A DNA stretch of 32,000 nt from Candidatus Saccharimonadota bacterium (GCA_001029695.1 CP011211.1:1006684-1038683); one strand, 5' to 3'. Shown: positions 1 through 10,830, counted from the first letter of the stretch. Numbers and translations are program-made. Notes: generated by a model from the letters alone, not told the origin.

Positions 1-812
1 TCCTGGGTCGGCTGCTGTCCATATGACTGGAACTGATCAACTGGAGCTTGGGGAGCTACAGAAGGGGCTTCTTCGGCAAGATCAGGCACAGACTGAACGG
101 CGTCTGGCATCGCTTTTAGTTCTTGAGCGATTTGACTACTGACAGATTCACTTGTCGTTGGAGCAGCTGATTCTAGAGGGTGGATGATTCTTTCGCCAAG
201 TGTAGCTGGCCGTGGTGATGAGAATGGCGCAGTTGGCTGTGGAAGGGTGGCTTCAACTGGAGCAGGGGCAACTTGTTGTTGCTCTTGTGGTGCAACTGGC
301 GTATAGGCTTGGTCTGCCGGAGGCAAGACTGTTGGCTGTGGAGGGAGAGACTCGATTGTTGCTGCCGGAGCTGGAGCTACTTGTTGTTGCTCTTGTGGTG
401 CAACTGGCGCAGTCTGAGGTGCTGGCGAGCTTGGAGCGGCTTGTTGATCTCCAAGTACTTCATGAACGGTTCGGACGACATCCTCGATACCTACTTGTGA
501 CTTAACGAGGTAGCGATCGGCGCCTAGCTGTTCGCCGCGAGCGCGTTGGTCATCGCTGCTGAGTGCTGTCATCATGATGACCTTGATATCACGAGTCTCT
601 GTCGTGCTTCGAAGAATATCGAGCATATCAAAGCCGCTGATTTTTGGCATCATTACATCGCTTACAATAAGCTCTGGGCGTTCCTTGATTGCCATGGCAA
701 GCGCTTCTTCTCCATCGCCAGCGGATACGATGTCATATCCCTCGGCAAGAAGTCGAACTCCATAAATTTCTCTTAAGCTCTTGTCGTCTTCTACTAGTAG
801 TATCTTTGTCAT
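1..812 (-). CDS. Response regulator with a CheY-like receiver domain only, followed by a long P/Q/A-rich low-complexity tail. The 3' end runs off the window.
   Basis: Absent from the ORF track because no stop lies inside the window. ATG at 812..810 has GGAG 5 nt upstream. The translation MTKILLVEDDKSLREIYGVRLLAEGYDIVSAGDGEEALAMAIKERPELIVSDVMMPKISGFDMLDILR..IKVIMMTAL..GADRYLVK has the receiver DD, D, T and K motifs. The frame stays open to nt 1, and no DNA-binding output domain is visible. Confidence 0.85.
   Translation of the reverse strand, partial: MTKILLVEDDKSLREIYGVRLLAEGYDIVSAGDGEEALAMAIKERPELIVSDVMMPKISGFDMLDILRSTTETRDIKVIMMTALSSDDQRARGEQLGADRYLVKSQVGIEDVVRTVHEVLGDQQAAPSSPAPQTAPVAPQEQQQVAPAPAATIESLPPQPTVLPPADQAYTPVAPQEQQQVAPAPVEATLPQPTAPFSSPRPATLGERIIHPLESAAPTTSESVSSQIAQELKAMPDAVQSVPDLAEEAPSVAPQAPVDQFQSYGQQPTQ
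271..409. repeat. 31-nt perfect direct repeat inside the response-regulator tail
   Basis: acttgttgttgctcttgtggtgcaactggcg occurs at 271..301 and 379..409, 108 nt (36 codons) apart. It encodes a duplicated PVAPQEQQQVAP peptide on the minus strand. Confidence 0.9.
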
Positions 813-877
813 ATTGTCTCCATTTTACTAAAGCATTAGCGAAAATACTATACCTGCTTGTGTTTAAAGTTTTATTT

Positions 878-2884
<2,007 letters not shown>

Positions 2885-3145
2885 GAAGGAACTGCCGATG
2901 TTTTTAATGTCAGTCAGTGAGGCCCATAAAAAAAGAAGCAGTACAATTGATGCGATAAGAACAGTCGCTTCACATATGCGACGATGCCAAAACGGTGTGA
3001 GTGTCAGTGGTTTAATTGCCCATTCCCCTATTTATTTGCTGACGTGCTTGTGGTTATTATGCCTGATTTATAGTTTGTTCACAAGAGCTAAAGTACGGAG
3101 TTTAGCATAATTGAACTATACGTCGGAGACAAGTATGTGGTTTAT

Positions 3146-5329
3146 CTATATAGCCTGTTCTACTGAGAAGTTATCAAATTGCCAAGTTGTATCTGTTGTA
3201 TGGCCTGCGCTGAAGCCGGCAAATCCAGAAGGTTTTGTGCCTGTGTATGTTAGCGTGTCAGTAGCTATGCCGTTGATCCACATAGTGACTACTGCACTTG
3301 TGCCGTTTGTGTCCCATTTTGCGCTTACTCCAACAGTGTCACCTGGTGTTACTGTTGTCGATGGACCTTGGGCAGCGCTACCTCCACTGTCGACGAGATT
3401 AAGGCGTGCACCAAGCAGTTGTGAGGCCGAAGTCTGCGTGACACGCACTCCAAGGGCTGTTGTACCCGAACTGCCGACAGCTGATCGTGCACAGTCGATG
3501 ACGATTAGAGCAGTTGTCGAAGATAAGGTTGTTAGTTTTTCTGTGATCTTGATACTTGCGCGTGCATCAGCGAAGCCGGTTGCTACTGCAGCGGTTGAAT
3601 AGCCAGGTGATGCTCCGGCGCGAAGTATACCGCCAGAAACGGTGAATTTATCGGTGTTTGATGCAAGTGCATAATTCTTGGTCGTGCCGCCGTTTACGGT
3701 GTCTGTTGCACGGTTTGGCGTGCCGTAGAGGCTGCCCGATCCTGTGAAAGAGTCAGAGGTGTATGTCGACCATGTCGCCGACGGGGTGACGCTTGTCGAG
3801 GCTGAAGACTTAGCTGATCGATTACCCGCTGCGTCGTAGGCGGTAACCTTGAAGCTGACTGCTGTTCCATTGCTGAGTCCTGTGACGGTTATGGGGCTTG
3901 TTGAGTTCGTAGCAGCGATAGCCGAGTAGCCGTCGACTGAGCTGTATGCTTCGTATCCGACGACGGCGACATTGTCCGAAGAGGGTGTAAAGCTAAGGGT
4001 TGCTGAGCTGTCGCCAGCTATAGCACTTGGTGTACCTGGTACACTCGGTGCCGTTACGTCACCTCCTATCACGAGTGCGTATCCTCGTGATTTAAACTCA
4101 TGTTCGATGGCCGCATTGAGTACATTGTAGCCGGCGTCATTGAGGTGTAGTGTGTCGGTGCGAAGCTGCGACGGAGTGACACCATTTGCAATATCAGTCG
4201 TATCTTGGCCGGTTAGAGTGTAGCCAAGCGCGGTGATGACATTTGGGTCACGCACCCATGCTGCCACATCGACAAAGTTACTGGCGAAGGCGTCACGTAT
4301 AGCTGCATTTACCGCATCAAGCGTCGTGCGGTTTGCGCTTCCTGTTACTTCCGTGTTTATCGGTGGAATTGACAATACGAGAGCACGGTCTCGTTGACGA
4401 GTGTTTTTGAGCATCGACTCAATAAGCGCCGGAATTGCAGTAACCGCTCCTGGAAGCAATGTGGAGTTCCGTCCTGTCCAAATGATCGGTAGATGGTCGT
4501 GATATTCAAATCCAGTTTGGATCGGTGTTGATGCAGCAACATTTATAGCGTAGCCTGGCGTAGAACGTGTAAATGTATATGTCCAAGGGGTTGTACCTGG
4601 GTTGGTCGCCGTGAGCGTCCCTTTTACTCCCATGAGAGAGACGGAGAGTGAGCGCGTCGAGCCAACTGCAACTGCAGTTCCTTGAAGTATGTCGATATTT
4701 GGCGTGAGCGCTACGGGAGTCGAGGCGGCGGGAATAGTAATGTCTGTGACGACTCTTGCAGGTGCGCCACCCTGACGTGCGGCGATTTGGTCTGATTTTT
4801 GTGAGCCTATTCCGAAGCCTTGATTGTCAAGGCCGGTGCGGCCGATCGCTGCAAGAAGTGGCGCAAGGCGCGTTGACCAATTGGCAGTAAGCGAATCGCC
4901 CCATCGAACAATAGGTATCGCCGTGACCGGTACTGCGTCGCCTGTTGCTATAGTGACGTTGCCCGCTCCATTTGGAGTAACGCCATTGACGGATTTTACT
5001 ACTTGGGATGTTAGTGCAATCGGTGCGTAGGTGCTGTCACCAATTGTGGTGATCCGCGTGTCAGTTTCTGCTTGAGTGAGATATCCATCGAGCTCGGCGC
5101 GAACAGCGGCAGTAAGTTTATTTCGACTCACCGCATCTTCAGCGAGAGCTGTCGTCGTGACCGCTCCCGTTGCGAGAGCTACACTTGTGACAGAGTTTGG
5201 TGCAAGTGTGGCGCTCGTAACGCTGTTATCTTTGAGCAGACCGTCTGACGTATGTGACTGACTAAGATACTCGTTGAGAACTACTCCCCAATTACCGGCA
5301 TCTCCACCTGGTTGCGGTAAACGTGCCAT
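3146..5329 (-). CDS. Large multidomain protein: phage tail-fibre-like N-terminal repeats, SGNH/GDSL esterase, fibronectin type III and a ConA/LamG-like lectin C-terminus
   Basis: The N-terminus MARLPQPGGDAGNWGVVLNEYL is followed by repeated NSVTSxxLAxGAVT motifs. SGNH block I is VRWGDSLTANW and block V is DTLHLNDAGYN. The FN3-like stretch is PSVPGTPSAIAGDSSATLSFTPSSDNVAVVGYEAY..FKVTAYDAAGN. GAGGA lies upstream of the ATG. No signal peptide is visible. Confidence 0.8.
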   Translation of the reverse strand: MARLPQPGGDAGNWGVVLNEYLSQSHTSDGLLKDNSVTSATLAPNSVTSVALATGAVTTTALAEDAVSRNKLTAAVRAELDGYLTQAETDTRITTIGDSTYAPIALTSQVVKSVNGVTPNGAGNVTIATGDAVPVTAIPIVRWGDSLTANWSTRLAPLLAAIGRTGLDNQGFGIGSQKSDQIAARQGGAPARVVTDITIPAASTPVALTPNIDILQGTAVAVGSTRSLSVSLMGVKGTLTATNPGTTPWTYTFTRSTPGYAINVAASTPIQTGFEYHDHLPIIWTGRNSTLLPGAVTAIPALIESMLKNTRQRDRALVLSIPPINTEVTGSANRTTLDAVNAAIRDAFASNFVDVAAWVRDPNVITALGYTLTGQDTTDIANGVTPSQLRTDTLHLNDAGYNVLNAAIEHEFKSRGYALVIGGDVTAPSVPGTPSAIAGDSSATLSFTPSSDNVAVVGYEAYSSVDGYSAIAATNSTSPITVTGLSNGTAVSFKVTAYDAAGNRSAKSSASTSVTPSATWSTYTSDSFTGSGSLYGTPNRATDTVNGGTTKNYALASNTDKFTVSGGILRAGASPGYSTAAVATGFADARASIKITEKLTTLSSTTALIVIDCARSAVGSSGTTALGVRVTQTSASQLLGARLNLVDSGGSAAQGPSTTVTPGDTVGVSAKWDTNGTSAVVTMWINGIATDTLTYTGTKPSGFAGFSAGHTTDTTWQFDNFSVEQAI

Positions 5330-5376
5330 CTAATTACATCCTCGCTTTTTTACTGTACATTGTTAGTTATTAGTAT

Positions 5377-5409
5377 ACTACAAACTACTCATGCTAAGTA
5401 GTTTGTAGT
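5377..5409 (-). terminator. Hairpin downstream of the helicase gene; candidate terminator
   Basis: ctacaaactac (5378..5388) pairs with gtagtttgtag (5398..5408) around a 9-nt loop. It sits 25 nt after the helicase stop. The downstream tract is A/T-rich but has no clean U-run. Confidence 0.4.
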
Positions 5410-5433
5410 GATGAAATATGATGGGGCGCGGGG

Positions 5434-7404
5434 CTATTTATCGCGATATGAGGATACGATTGACTGCCCTACTGCGATCGAGACCATCGTCTGCGCAGTG
5501 TAGAGTGTGACGCCGCGGTGAGTGCGGGCACGAAATCGTTTCGTAAAGTAAAGATCCTTGTCAGATTTGATGATTTCGCGAGCAACTGTCTCGACGCTCT
5601 GATAATTTACATCAACATAGGGATATTTTCGCTGGATGATATTGATAAGCTCATTAAGACTGACATGGGCTGTATCTCCTACGCGAAGTCCCTGGCCTGT
5701 ATGAACAGCGCTTGGTAAGGTTGCGATACAGTCTTGAATTTGCTCCTCATCGTAGGCCTCGATTGCTTCGTGATGGCGCCGTACTAGTCGAATATCGATA
5801 TCTTGATGCTTTTTTAGATGGTTAAGCGCGAAACTATCGACGGCGAGCCGCGTCAATAATCGGCCTGCCGATGCGAAAGTGCGCACTTTTCCGTTTTGTT
5901 TTATTGATGCTTGACCGCGCGTGAGGCGCGGCAAGGTTTCAAGCAGTTCAGCATAGAGCGTGTAGTTATTGACGATGGTTTTTATTGAGCCGTATTGCTT
6001 AAAGATAGACTCAATGGATTGCTCTATAGTTGTCAGATGTAAAGGTGTGATGTCACCTATCGGTGCACCGTTTTTGATACTTTCAAGCGTGAAGATATCG
6101 GCCATAGAGACTTGCGGTGCAGTATTTGATGCGATAGCATCAACGATATCGATCGCGAGAGCAGGGCGGCCATCCGGCTTATTGCGTAAAATACGGCCAG
6201 TACGCTGACGAGCCGACACGAGTGATCTGGTTGGTCGAGCGTTGATGATGACGTTCGCGCGCTGGCTGTCCCAGCCTTCAGTGAGGACATCTATGTACGT
6301 TAATGCGTCGATGGTCCCCTTTTCGAGCTCGGCATAAATAGCTTGGCGAGCCGCTGCGGAGATGAGGCTTGTGATAGCATGAACACGGATCGGACGCGAA
6401 ATGCCAGCTTCATCTTCGATACGTTGGCTGGACAGCATATCGGCTAAAAGGCGTGGATGAGCCATAGTTTCACCCGGTATGCAGGCGATAATCGGTGTGT
6501 TGCCTGCTTGAATTAGCTGGGTGGCAATCGACACTATCATGCGGTTGCGCGTGGTATCATGAATTAACTGTCGTAGACTTCCGTTCTCGTATTCGCCAAG
6601 AGCGCTGAGCGAAAATTCTTGAGCAGTTGCCTCCGGTGCAGGGATGGCAACCGGAATAACCGGTGAGAGCATAGCTAGTTTAATCGCTTCTTTTAAATCA
6701 AGGCGATGGATCAAGTGTGGTAAAAGACTTTCGAGGCTACGAGACGCGTGGTAGTCGGGCGTGGCTGTAAAGCCGATGATTAATGTATCAGGGTCGATAT
6801 CTTGGATGATTTGTCGGCTGCTAGTGCCGAGCGCCTTGTGTCCTTCATCAAGAAAGATGATGTCGAAGTGCTGACTGACGAGATTGACAAGTGTAGTGCG
6901 ACTCTTTCCCTGTTCGTCGGTTGTTGTCATAGGTGTTGCGGCGAGCTTTGCGAGCGAGGCGTAAGTAGTAATTGTGACGTTAGCATCAAGTCCGCGCATG
7001 CCCGATGGTGTGTCGCTATAAAATGTCCCGACACTCATGTGCGGTGCAAACCCGGCAAATCCCTTGTCGCCACGACTCCCGCCGACAGTTTGGCGAACTA
7101 AGTCTTTGGTCGGTGTGACGACGAGAATTTTTGGTGGTTTTTCTGTTTGGTAGCTAAATGCTTCGGCGAGCGTCACGAACAAAACCGTCTTGCCTGTGCC
7201 TGTCGGAGCTTCTATATAGCCACGACGATTGCCGCGACGTAAAAATTCGACAGTATCTTTGATGATCGCTTTTTGATGTTCGTATAAAATATCTGCTTTT
7301 TTGCCGTCAGCTATAAATCGCTCTAGATTGCGGAGATATGGCGCGTCAATCTCTGTTATCGAGCTGGCTCCTTGGCTTGCGGATGGTACAGTTGCTGTCA
7401 TCAA
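5434..7404 (-). CDS. Superfamily-2 DEAD/DEAH-like helicase (ResIII-type core) with a roughly 200-aa C-terminal region of unknown function
   Basis: Motif I APTGTGKTV, motif II FLDEGH, motif III FTATP and motif VI QRTGRILR. Confidence 0.85.
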   Translation of the reverse strand: MMTATVPSASQGASSITEIDAPYLRNLERFIADGKKADILYEHQKAIIKDTVEFLRRGNRRGYIEAPTGTGKTVLFVTLAEAFSYQTEKPPKILVVTPTKDLVRQTVGGSRGDKGFAGFAPHMSVGTFYSDTPSGMRGLDANVTITTYASLAKLAATPMTTTDEQGKSRTTLVNLVSQHFDIIFLDEGHKALGTSSRQIIQDIDPDTLIIGFTATPDYHASRSLESLLPHLIHRLDLKEAIKLAMLSPVIPVAIPAPEATAQEFSLSALGEYENGSLRQLIHDTTRNRMIVSIATQLIQAGNTPIIACIPGETMAHPRLLADMLSSQRIEDEAGISRPIRVHAITSLISAAARQAIYAELEKGTIDALTYIDVLTEGWDSQRANVIINARPTRSLVSARQRTGRILRNKPDGRPALAIDIVDAIASNTAPQVSMADIFTLESIKNGAPIGDITPLHLTTIEQSIESIFKQYGSIKTIVNNYTLYAELLETLPRLTRGQASIKQNGKVRTFASAGRLLTRLAVDSFALNHLKKHQDIDIRLVRRHHEAIEAYDEEQIQDCIATLPSAVHTGQGLRVGDTAHVSLNELINIIQRKYPYVDVNYQSVETVAREIIKSDKDLYFTKRFRARTHRGVTLYTAQTMVSIAVGQSIVSSYRDK

Positions 7405-7467
7405 GCATCTATTATCTCATTTTAGGCGCGATCTGTCGCCTGTATGTTTTATGTAGCCGCTCTACTG

Positions 7468-7857
7468 CTACAAGCTCCACTCTTTTTGCCAGTTTTGCAT
7501 TTGTTTAATTTCGTTGGTCTGCGCATCTACGACGGCTTTGGCGAGGGCTTTGATTTCTTGATGTTTCGCATTGGCTTCGCCTGGAGCTGTGATCTCGACT
7601 GTACTCTCACGGTGGATGATCATCCCCTCTGTGAATGCCTTGTCTTAGACGTCACCTTTGAGTGCGGCGTACATCTTGTAGTCATCGCTGTCTTTTTGCA
7701 CTAATGAGCTGTCACTATCTTTACCTGCCATATTCATGTCGCTGTGACTGTCTTTCTTGTCGCTAAAGTAGCTGTTTAGTAGCGGACCAGCGATAAAAGC
7801 TGCAGCTACCACAAGGATTGCGGCAACTATGGTTAGTATGGTTGTTCGATTCTTCAT
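7468..7857 (-). pseudogene. DUF305-family membrane-anchored protein interrupted by an in-frame TAA
   Basis: ORF 7645..7857 (signal anchor ending ..YKMYAALKGDV) stops at TAA 7647..7645. The same frame continues as DKAFTEGMIIHRESTVEITAPGEANAKHQEIKALAKAVVDAQTNEIKQMQNWQKEWSL to the TAG at 7470..7468. The stop sits where the paralogs have an aromatic residue (KGDAFDEAY and SGETYDRNF). An AAGGAG RBS is intact. Confidence 0.8.
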
Positions 7858-7879
7858 AGTATCTCCTTTAGTAATATGT

Positions 7880-8233
7880 CTACCGTCTTGCTTTCGACAG
7901 ATTCGTTAGTATTTCGATAAGCTGAGGTTTTGGCGTGAAGCCGATGAGTCTCTGAGCTTCTTTTCCGTCAATGAAGATTGGCATATTCGGAATACTCTGG
8001 ACGTCCTGTTCGGCAGCAATCTGGCGGTTTTCTTCGTTTTCTGGAGTATCTTCAATGTTGATTTTTACGATATCGACAGTATCATCAAGCTCTTCGCTAG
8101 CTGCGTAAAGGTGCGGTGTCATTGCGACACACGGCGGACACCAGCTTGCCCAAAAATCAACAAGGACGACTTTTGGGTTTTGTAATACTTTTTCTTCAAA
8201 ATCTCTTCTTGTAGTAATGGTATAGATTGCCAT
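7880..8233 (-). CDS. Thioredoxin-family protein with a WCPPC active site
   Basis: VLVDFWASWCPPCVAM active-site motif. The length is 117 aa, no signal peptide is visible, and the gene lies inside copper operon 1. Confidence 0.9.
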   Translation of the reverse strand: MAIYTITTRRDFEEKVLQNPKVVLVDFWASWCPPCVAMTPHLYAASEELDDTVDIVKINIEDTPENEENRQIAAEQDVQSIPNMPIFIDGKEAQRLIGFTPKPQLIEILTNLSKARR

Positions 8234-8245
8234 GATTTAGCTCCT

Positions 8246-10171
8246 TTATGCCGTACGCCGAGGCGTTAGGCGTGTTTTGTTGAGTAATAACGAGCTGATG
8301 ACTACAGATATAGAGCTAAATGCCATCGCGAGGCCAGCAAGTTCGGGGCTAAGTGTGAGGCCAAGACCAACGAAGACGCCAGCGGCAATAGGAATGCCGA
8401 GTATGTTGTAGATGAATGCCCAAAATAGGTTGAGTTTGATGCGACCAAAGGTCTTTTGACTTAGTGCGAGTGCCTGCACGACATCCTGTAAGTTGTTTTT
8501 GACGAGGACAATACCGCCCGACTCAATCGCAATATCTGTACCTGAACCCATGGCGATACCAAGATCGGCAACAGCTAGTGCGGGTGCGTCATTGATACCA
8601 TCACCCACAAAGGCGACTTTGCCGTGCTGCTGTAATGATTTGACGTGATCAGCCTTGTCACTTGGCAATACGTCGGCAATTACTTCGTCAATGCCGACGA
8701 TCTCAGCGATCGCTTGAGCTACACGCTCATTGTCACCGGTGATCATAACAGTACGGAGGCCGCGCTTTTTGAGAGCAGTGATCGCCACAGCAGATGTGGT
8801 TTTTGGTGCATCCTGAATGGCAATGAGGCCAAGTGCTTTGTTGCTTTCGCCTACAATTACGACGGTTTTTGCTTCGCGTTGTAGGCGCTCCATCTCATGC
8901 TCAAGTTTTGCGTCGAGCTTTGTCGTCCCGAGCATTTTCGCATTGCCGATGAACGCGGATTTTTTCGCTACAGTAGCCATCACGCCCTTGCCTTCGACAG
9001 CCTTAAAGTTTTTGGCTTCTGCCACTTTAATACCAAGCGCCGCGGCTTTTTCCAGGATAGCGGCCGCAAGCGGATGCTCTGAGGAATGTTCAAGTGCAGC
9101 AGCGAGTGCTAGTACGGTTTTCTCGTCACCGATAATATCAGTGACGACAGGTTTACCGAGTGTAATTGTGCCAGTCTTATCGAAGACAACAGTCTGAATA
9201 TCATTGGCGGCTTCAAGAACTTCACCGCTTTTTATGAGAATACCGAGCTTTGCGCCGCGTCCAGTACCTACCATGAGGGCGGTCGGCGTGGCTAGTCCAA
9301 GCGCACATGGACACGCAATGATAACTACGGCGACCGCAAACAGCATTGCTGTCGCAGCATCGGCGCCAAGCAGTACAAACCAGACGACAAATGTGAGGAT
9401 TGCGATGATGAGTACTGCGGGTACGAATATGTTTGATATTTTATCAACTGTCTTTTGAATTGGCGCACGACTTACTTGTGCTCGTTTTACCATATCGACA
9501 ATCTGCGCAAGTAGCGTGTCGTTACCGATTTTAGTAGCCCTAAACATAAACGTACCGGATTTGTTAATTGTCGAGCCGATCACTGCATCACCGGTTTTCT
9601 TGGTAACTGGCATGCTTTCGCCCGTTACCATAGCTTCGTCAATGGTAGACGATCCTTCGGTGATTACACCGTCCACAGCGATCTTTTGTCCTGGTTTGAC
9701 ACGCAAGATATCACCAACCACTACTTCAGCAAGCGGTACTCTAAATAGCTTGCCGTCTCTCAGCACTTCGGCGTCCTTAGCTTGCAGTCCAAGTAGTTTT
9801 TCTATGGCGCTACTTGCTCGGCCCTTCATCAACTCTTCGAACAGCTGACCGAGTAAGATGAAGGTAATCACAAATGAGGCCACCTCAAAGAATACAGGCT
9901 GATGAACGAGCATAGCATAGATACTGTAAAGATATGCCGTGCTCGTACCGATCGCGATCAGAGTATCCATATTGGCGTTATGATTCTTGAAGGCTGCCCA
10001 TGCAGTACGAATAAACGGCCATGCAGCAATAGCCATTACTGCCGTAGTGAGTAAGAACATTGTCCATGCGTGACCCGGTAGCTCAAAGCCAAATAGCGGC
10101 CGCAAGATCATCTCGAGTAGCATCGGCAGTGATACTATGAGTGAAAAGATGAAACGATTTTTGACGTTCAT
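8246..10171 (-). CDS. copA: Copper-translocating P1B-1-type ATPase (CPC) lacking an N-terminal metal-binding domain
   Basis: DKTGTIT, ACPCALGLATP, GDGINDAPAL, the YN motif (FIYNILGIP) and MAFSSISVV. The track start at 10213 lies inside the upstream gene. The ATG at 10171 (MNVKNRF) overlaps the cupredoxin stop as TAATG, so I prefer it. Confidence 0.9.
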   Translation of the reverse strand: MNVKNRFIFSLIVSLPMLLEMILRPLFGFELPGHAWTMFLLTTAVMAIAAWPFIRTAWAAFKNHNANMDTLIAIGTSTAYLYSIYAMLVHQPVFFEVASFVITFILLGQLFEELMKGRASSAIEKLLGLQAKDAEVLRDGKLFRVPLAEVVVGDILRVKPGQKIAVDGVITEGSSTIDEAMVTGESMPVTKKTGDAVIGSTINKSGTFMFRATKIGNDTLLAQIVDMVKRAQVSRAPIQKTVDKISNIFVPAVLIIAILTFVVWFVLLGADAATAMLFAVAVVIIACPCALGLATPTALMVGTGRGAKLGILIKSGEVLEAANDIQTVVFDKTGTITLGKPVVTDIIGDEKTVLALAAALEHSSEHPLAAAILEKAAALGIKVAEAKNFKAVEGKGVMATVAKKSAFIGNAKMLGTTKLDAKLEHEMERLQREAKTVVIVGESNKALGLIAIQDAPKTTSAVAITALKKRGLRTVMITGDNERVAQAIAEIVGIDEVIADVLPSDKADHVKSLQQHGKVAFVGDGINDAPALAVADLGIAMGSGTDIAIESGGIVLVKNNLQDVVQALALSQKTFGRIKLNLFWAFIYNILGIPIAAGVFVGLGLTLSPELAGLAMAFSSISVVISSLLLNKTRLTPRRTA

Positions 10172-10545
10172 TACTTGATAATGACCTTTCCGTGAAACAT
10201 GTTCATGCCACAAGAGTACTGATACTCACCCGCTTTGCTTGTGTCGATCTCGATAGCGTGCTGCTCTCCGACGGGTAGCTCTTCGTTAATGCCAAAATCT
10301 GGGAATGTAACGTGCGAGAAACAACCCGATGGATCTTTGCGATCAAAAACAATATTTGCTGGTACGCCTTGCTTTAAGACAACAGTGTTTGGCGTGTAAC
10401 CACCGCTTACTGTCACTTCTACTTTTTGTTCATTATTTTCTGACATCACTGCCTCCGTTTCACTTGATTGACGTTTACCAAAGAACCACCATAGGATGAA
10501 CCCTATGAGTAAGGTGGCGCCGATGAGTACAAATAGTTTTTCCAT
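10171..10545 (-). CDS. Membrane-anchored cupredoxin-like copper-binding protein
   Basis: An N-terminal TM helix is followed by a small beta domain carrying candidate ligands: SGCFSHV and YSCGMNMFHG (Cys/His/Met pattern). The gene lies between csoR and copA. Confidence 0.75.
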   Translation of the reverse strand: MEKLFVLIGATLLIGFILWWFFGKRQSSETEAVMSENNEQKVEVTVSGGYTPNTVVLKQGVPANIVFDRKDPSGCFSHVTFPDFGINEELPVGEQHAIEIDTSKAGEYQYSCGMNMFHGKVIIK

Positions 10546-10557
10546 GTACGTTCCTTG

Positions 10558-10824
10558 TTATTTTCGCTTTAGTTTGTATACTTTTAATATTTCTTCGATA
10601 GCCTTGTCTTCTTCGTTGTTCTTTACCTGCTCGATGACGTGAGTGCATAGATGATTTTCGAGTAGTAGATCTTCTACTCCTGATAGCGCTGCTTTAACTG
10701 CTGAGGCTTGCGTGATAACGTCGATACAATACGTGTCTTCTTCTACCATTTTTTGTAGGCCACGAACCTGACCTTCGATAAGTTTGAGGCGACGAATCGC
10801 GCTTGATTTCGTTTCTTTCTTCAT
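10558..10824 (-). CDS. csoR: CsoR/RcnR-family metal-sensing repressor
   Basis: RLKLIEGQVRGLQKMVEEDTYCIDVITQASAVKAAL..LLENHLCTHV is a typical CsoR-family helix bundle. It is the first gene of copper operon 1. Confidence 0.9.
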   Translation of the reverse strand: MKKETKSSAIRRLKLIEGQVRGLQKMVEEDTYCIDVITQASAVKAALSGVEDLLLENHLCTHVIEQVKNNEEDKAIEEILKVYKLKRK

Positions 10825-10830
10825 AACTCC

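Noticed and set aside
212-505. Plus-strand track ORFs (212..505 and 273..500) rich in Leu, Val and Trp
   Set aside because: They mirror the low-complexity P/Q/A-coding minus-strand response-regulator tail. They have no RBS and an implausible composition.
7645-7647. In-frame TAA as evidence of an alternative genetic code or programmed read-through
   Set aside because: TAA, TAG and TGA all terminate well-supported genes in this window at the positions expected from homology, so a standard code with a nonsense mutation is the simpler reading.
8817-9197. Long antisense ORFs inside the two P-type ATPase genes, the tail-fibre-like gene and the T4SS genes (for example 3111..3602, 8817..9197, 9516..9848, 29667..30230, 30651..31145, 26861..27313)
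   Set aside because: Each lies fully within a strongly motif-supported gene on the opposite strand and has a Ser/Ala/Pro-biased composition typical of antisense frames.
10172-10213. Longer N-terminus (MWHEHVSRKGHYQV) for the CPC ATPase
   Set aside because: This start lies within the cupredoxin gene. The ATG at 10171 forms a TAATG stop-start overlap typical of translational coupling. It remains possible, and N-terminal proteomics would settle it.
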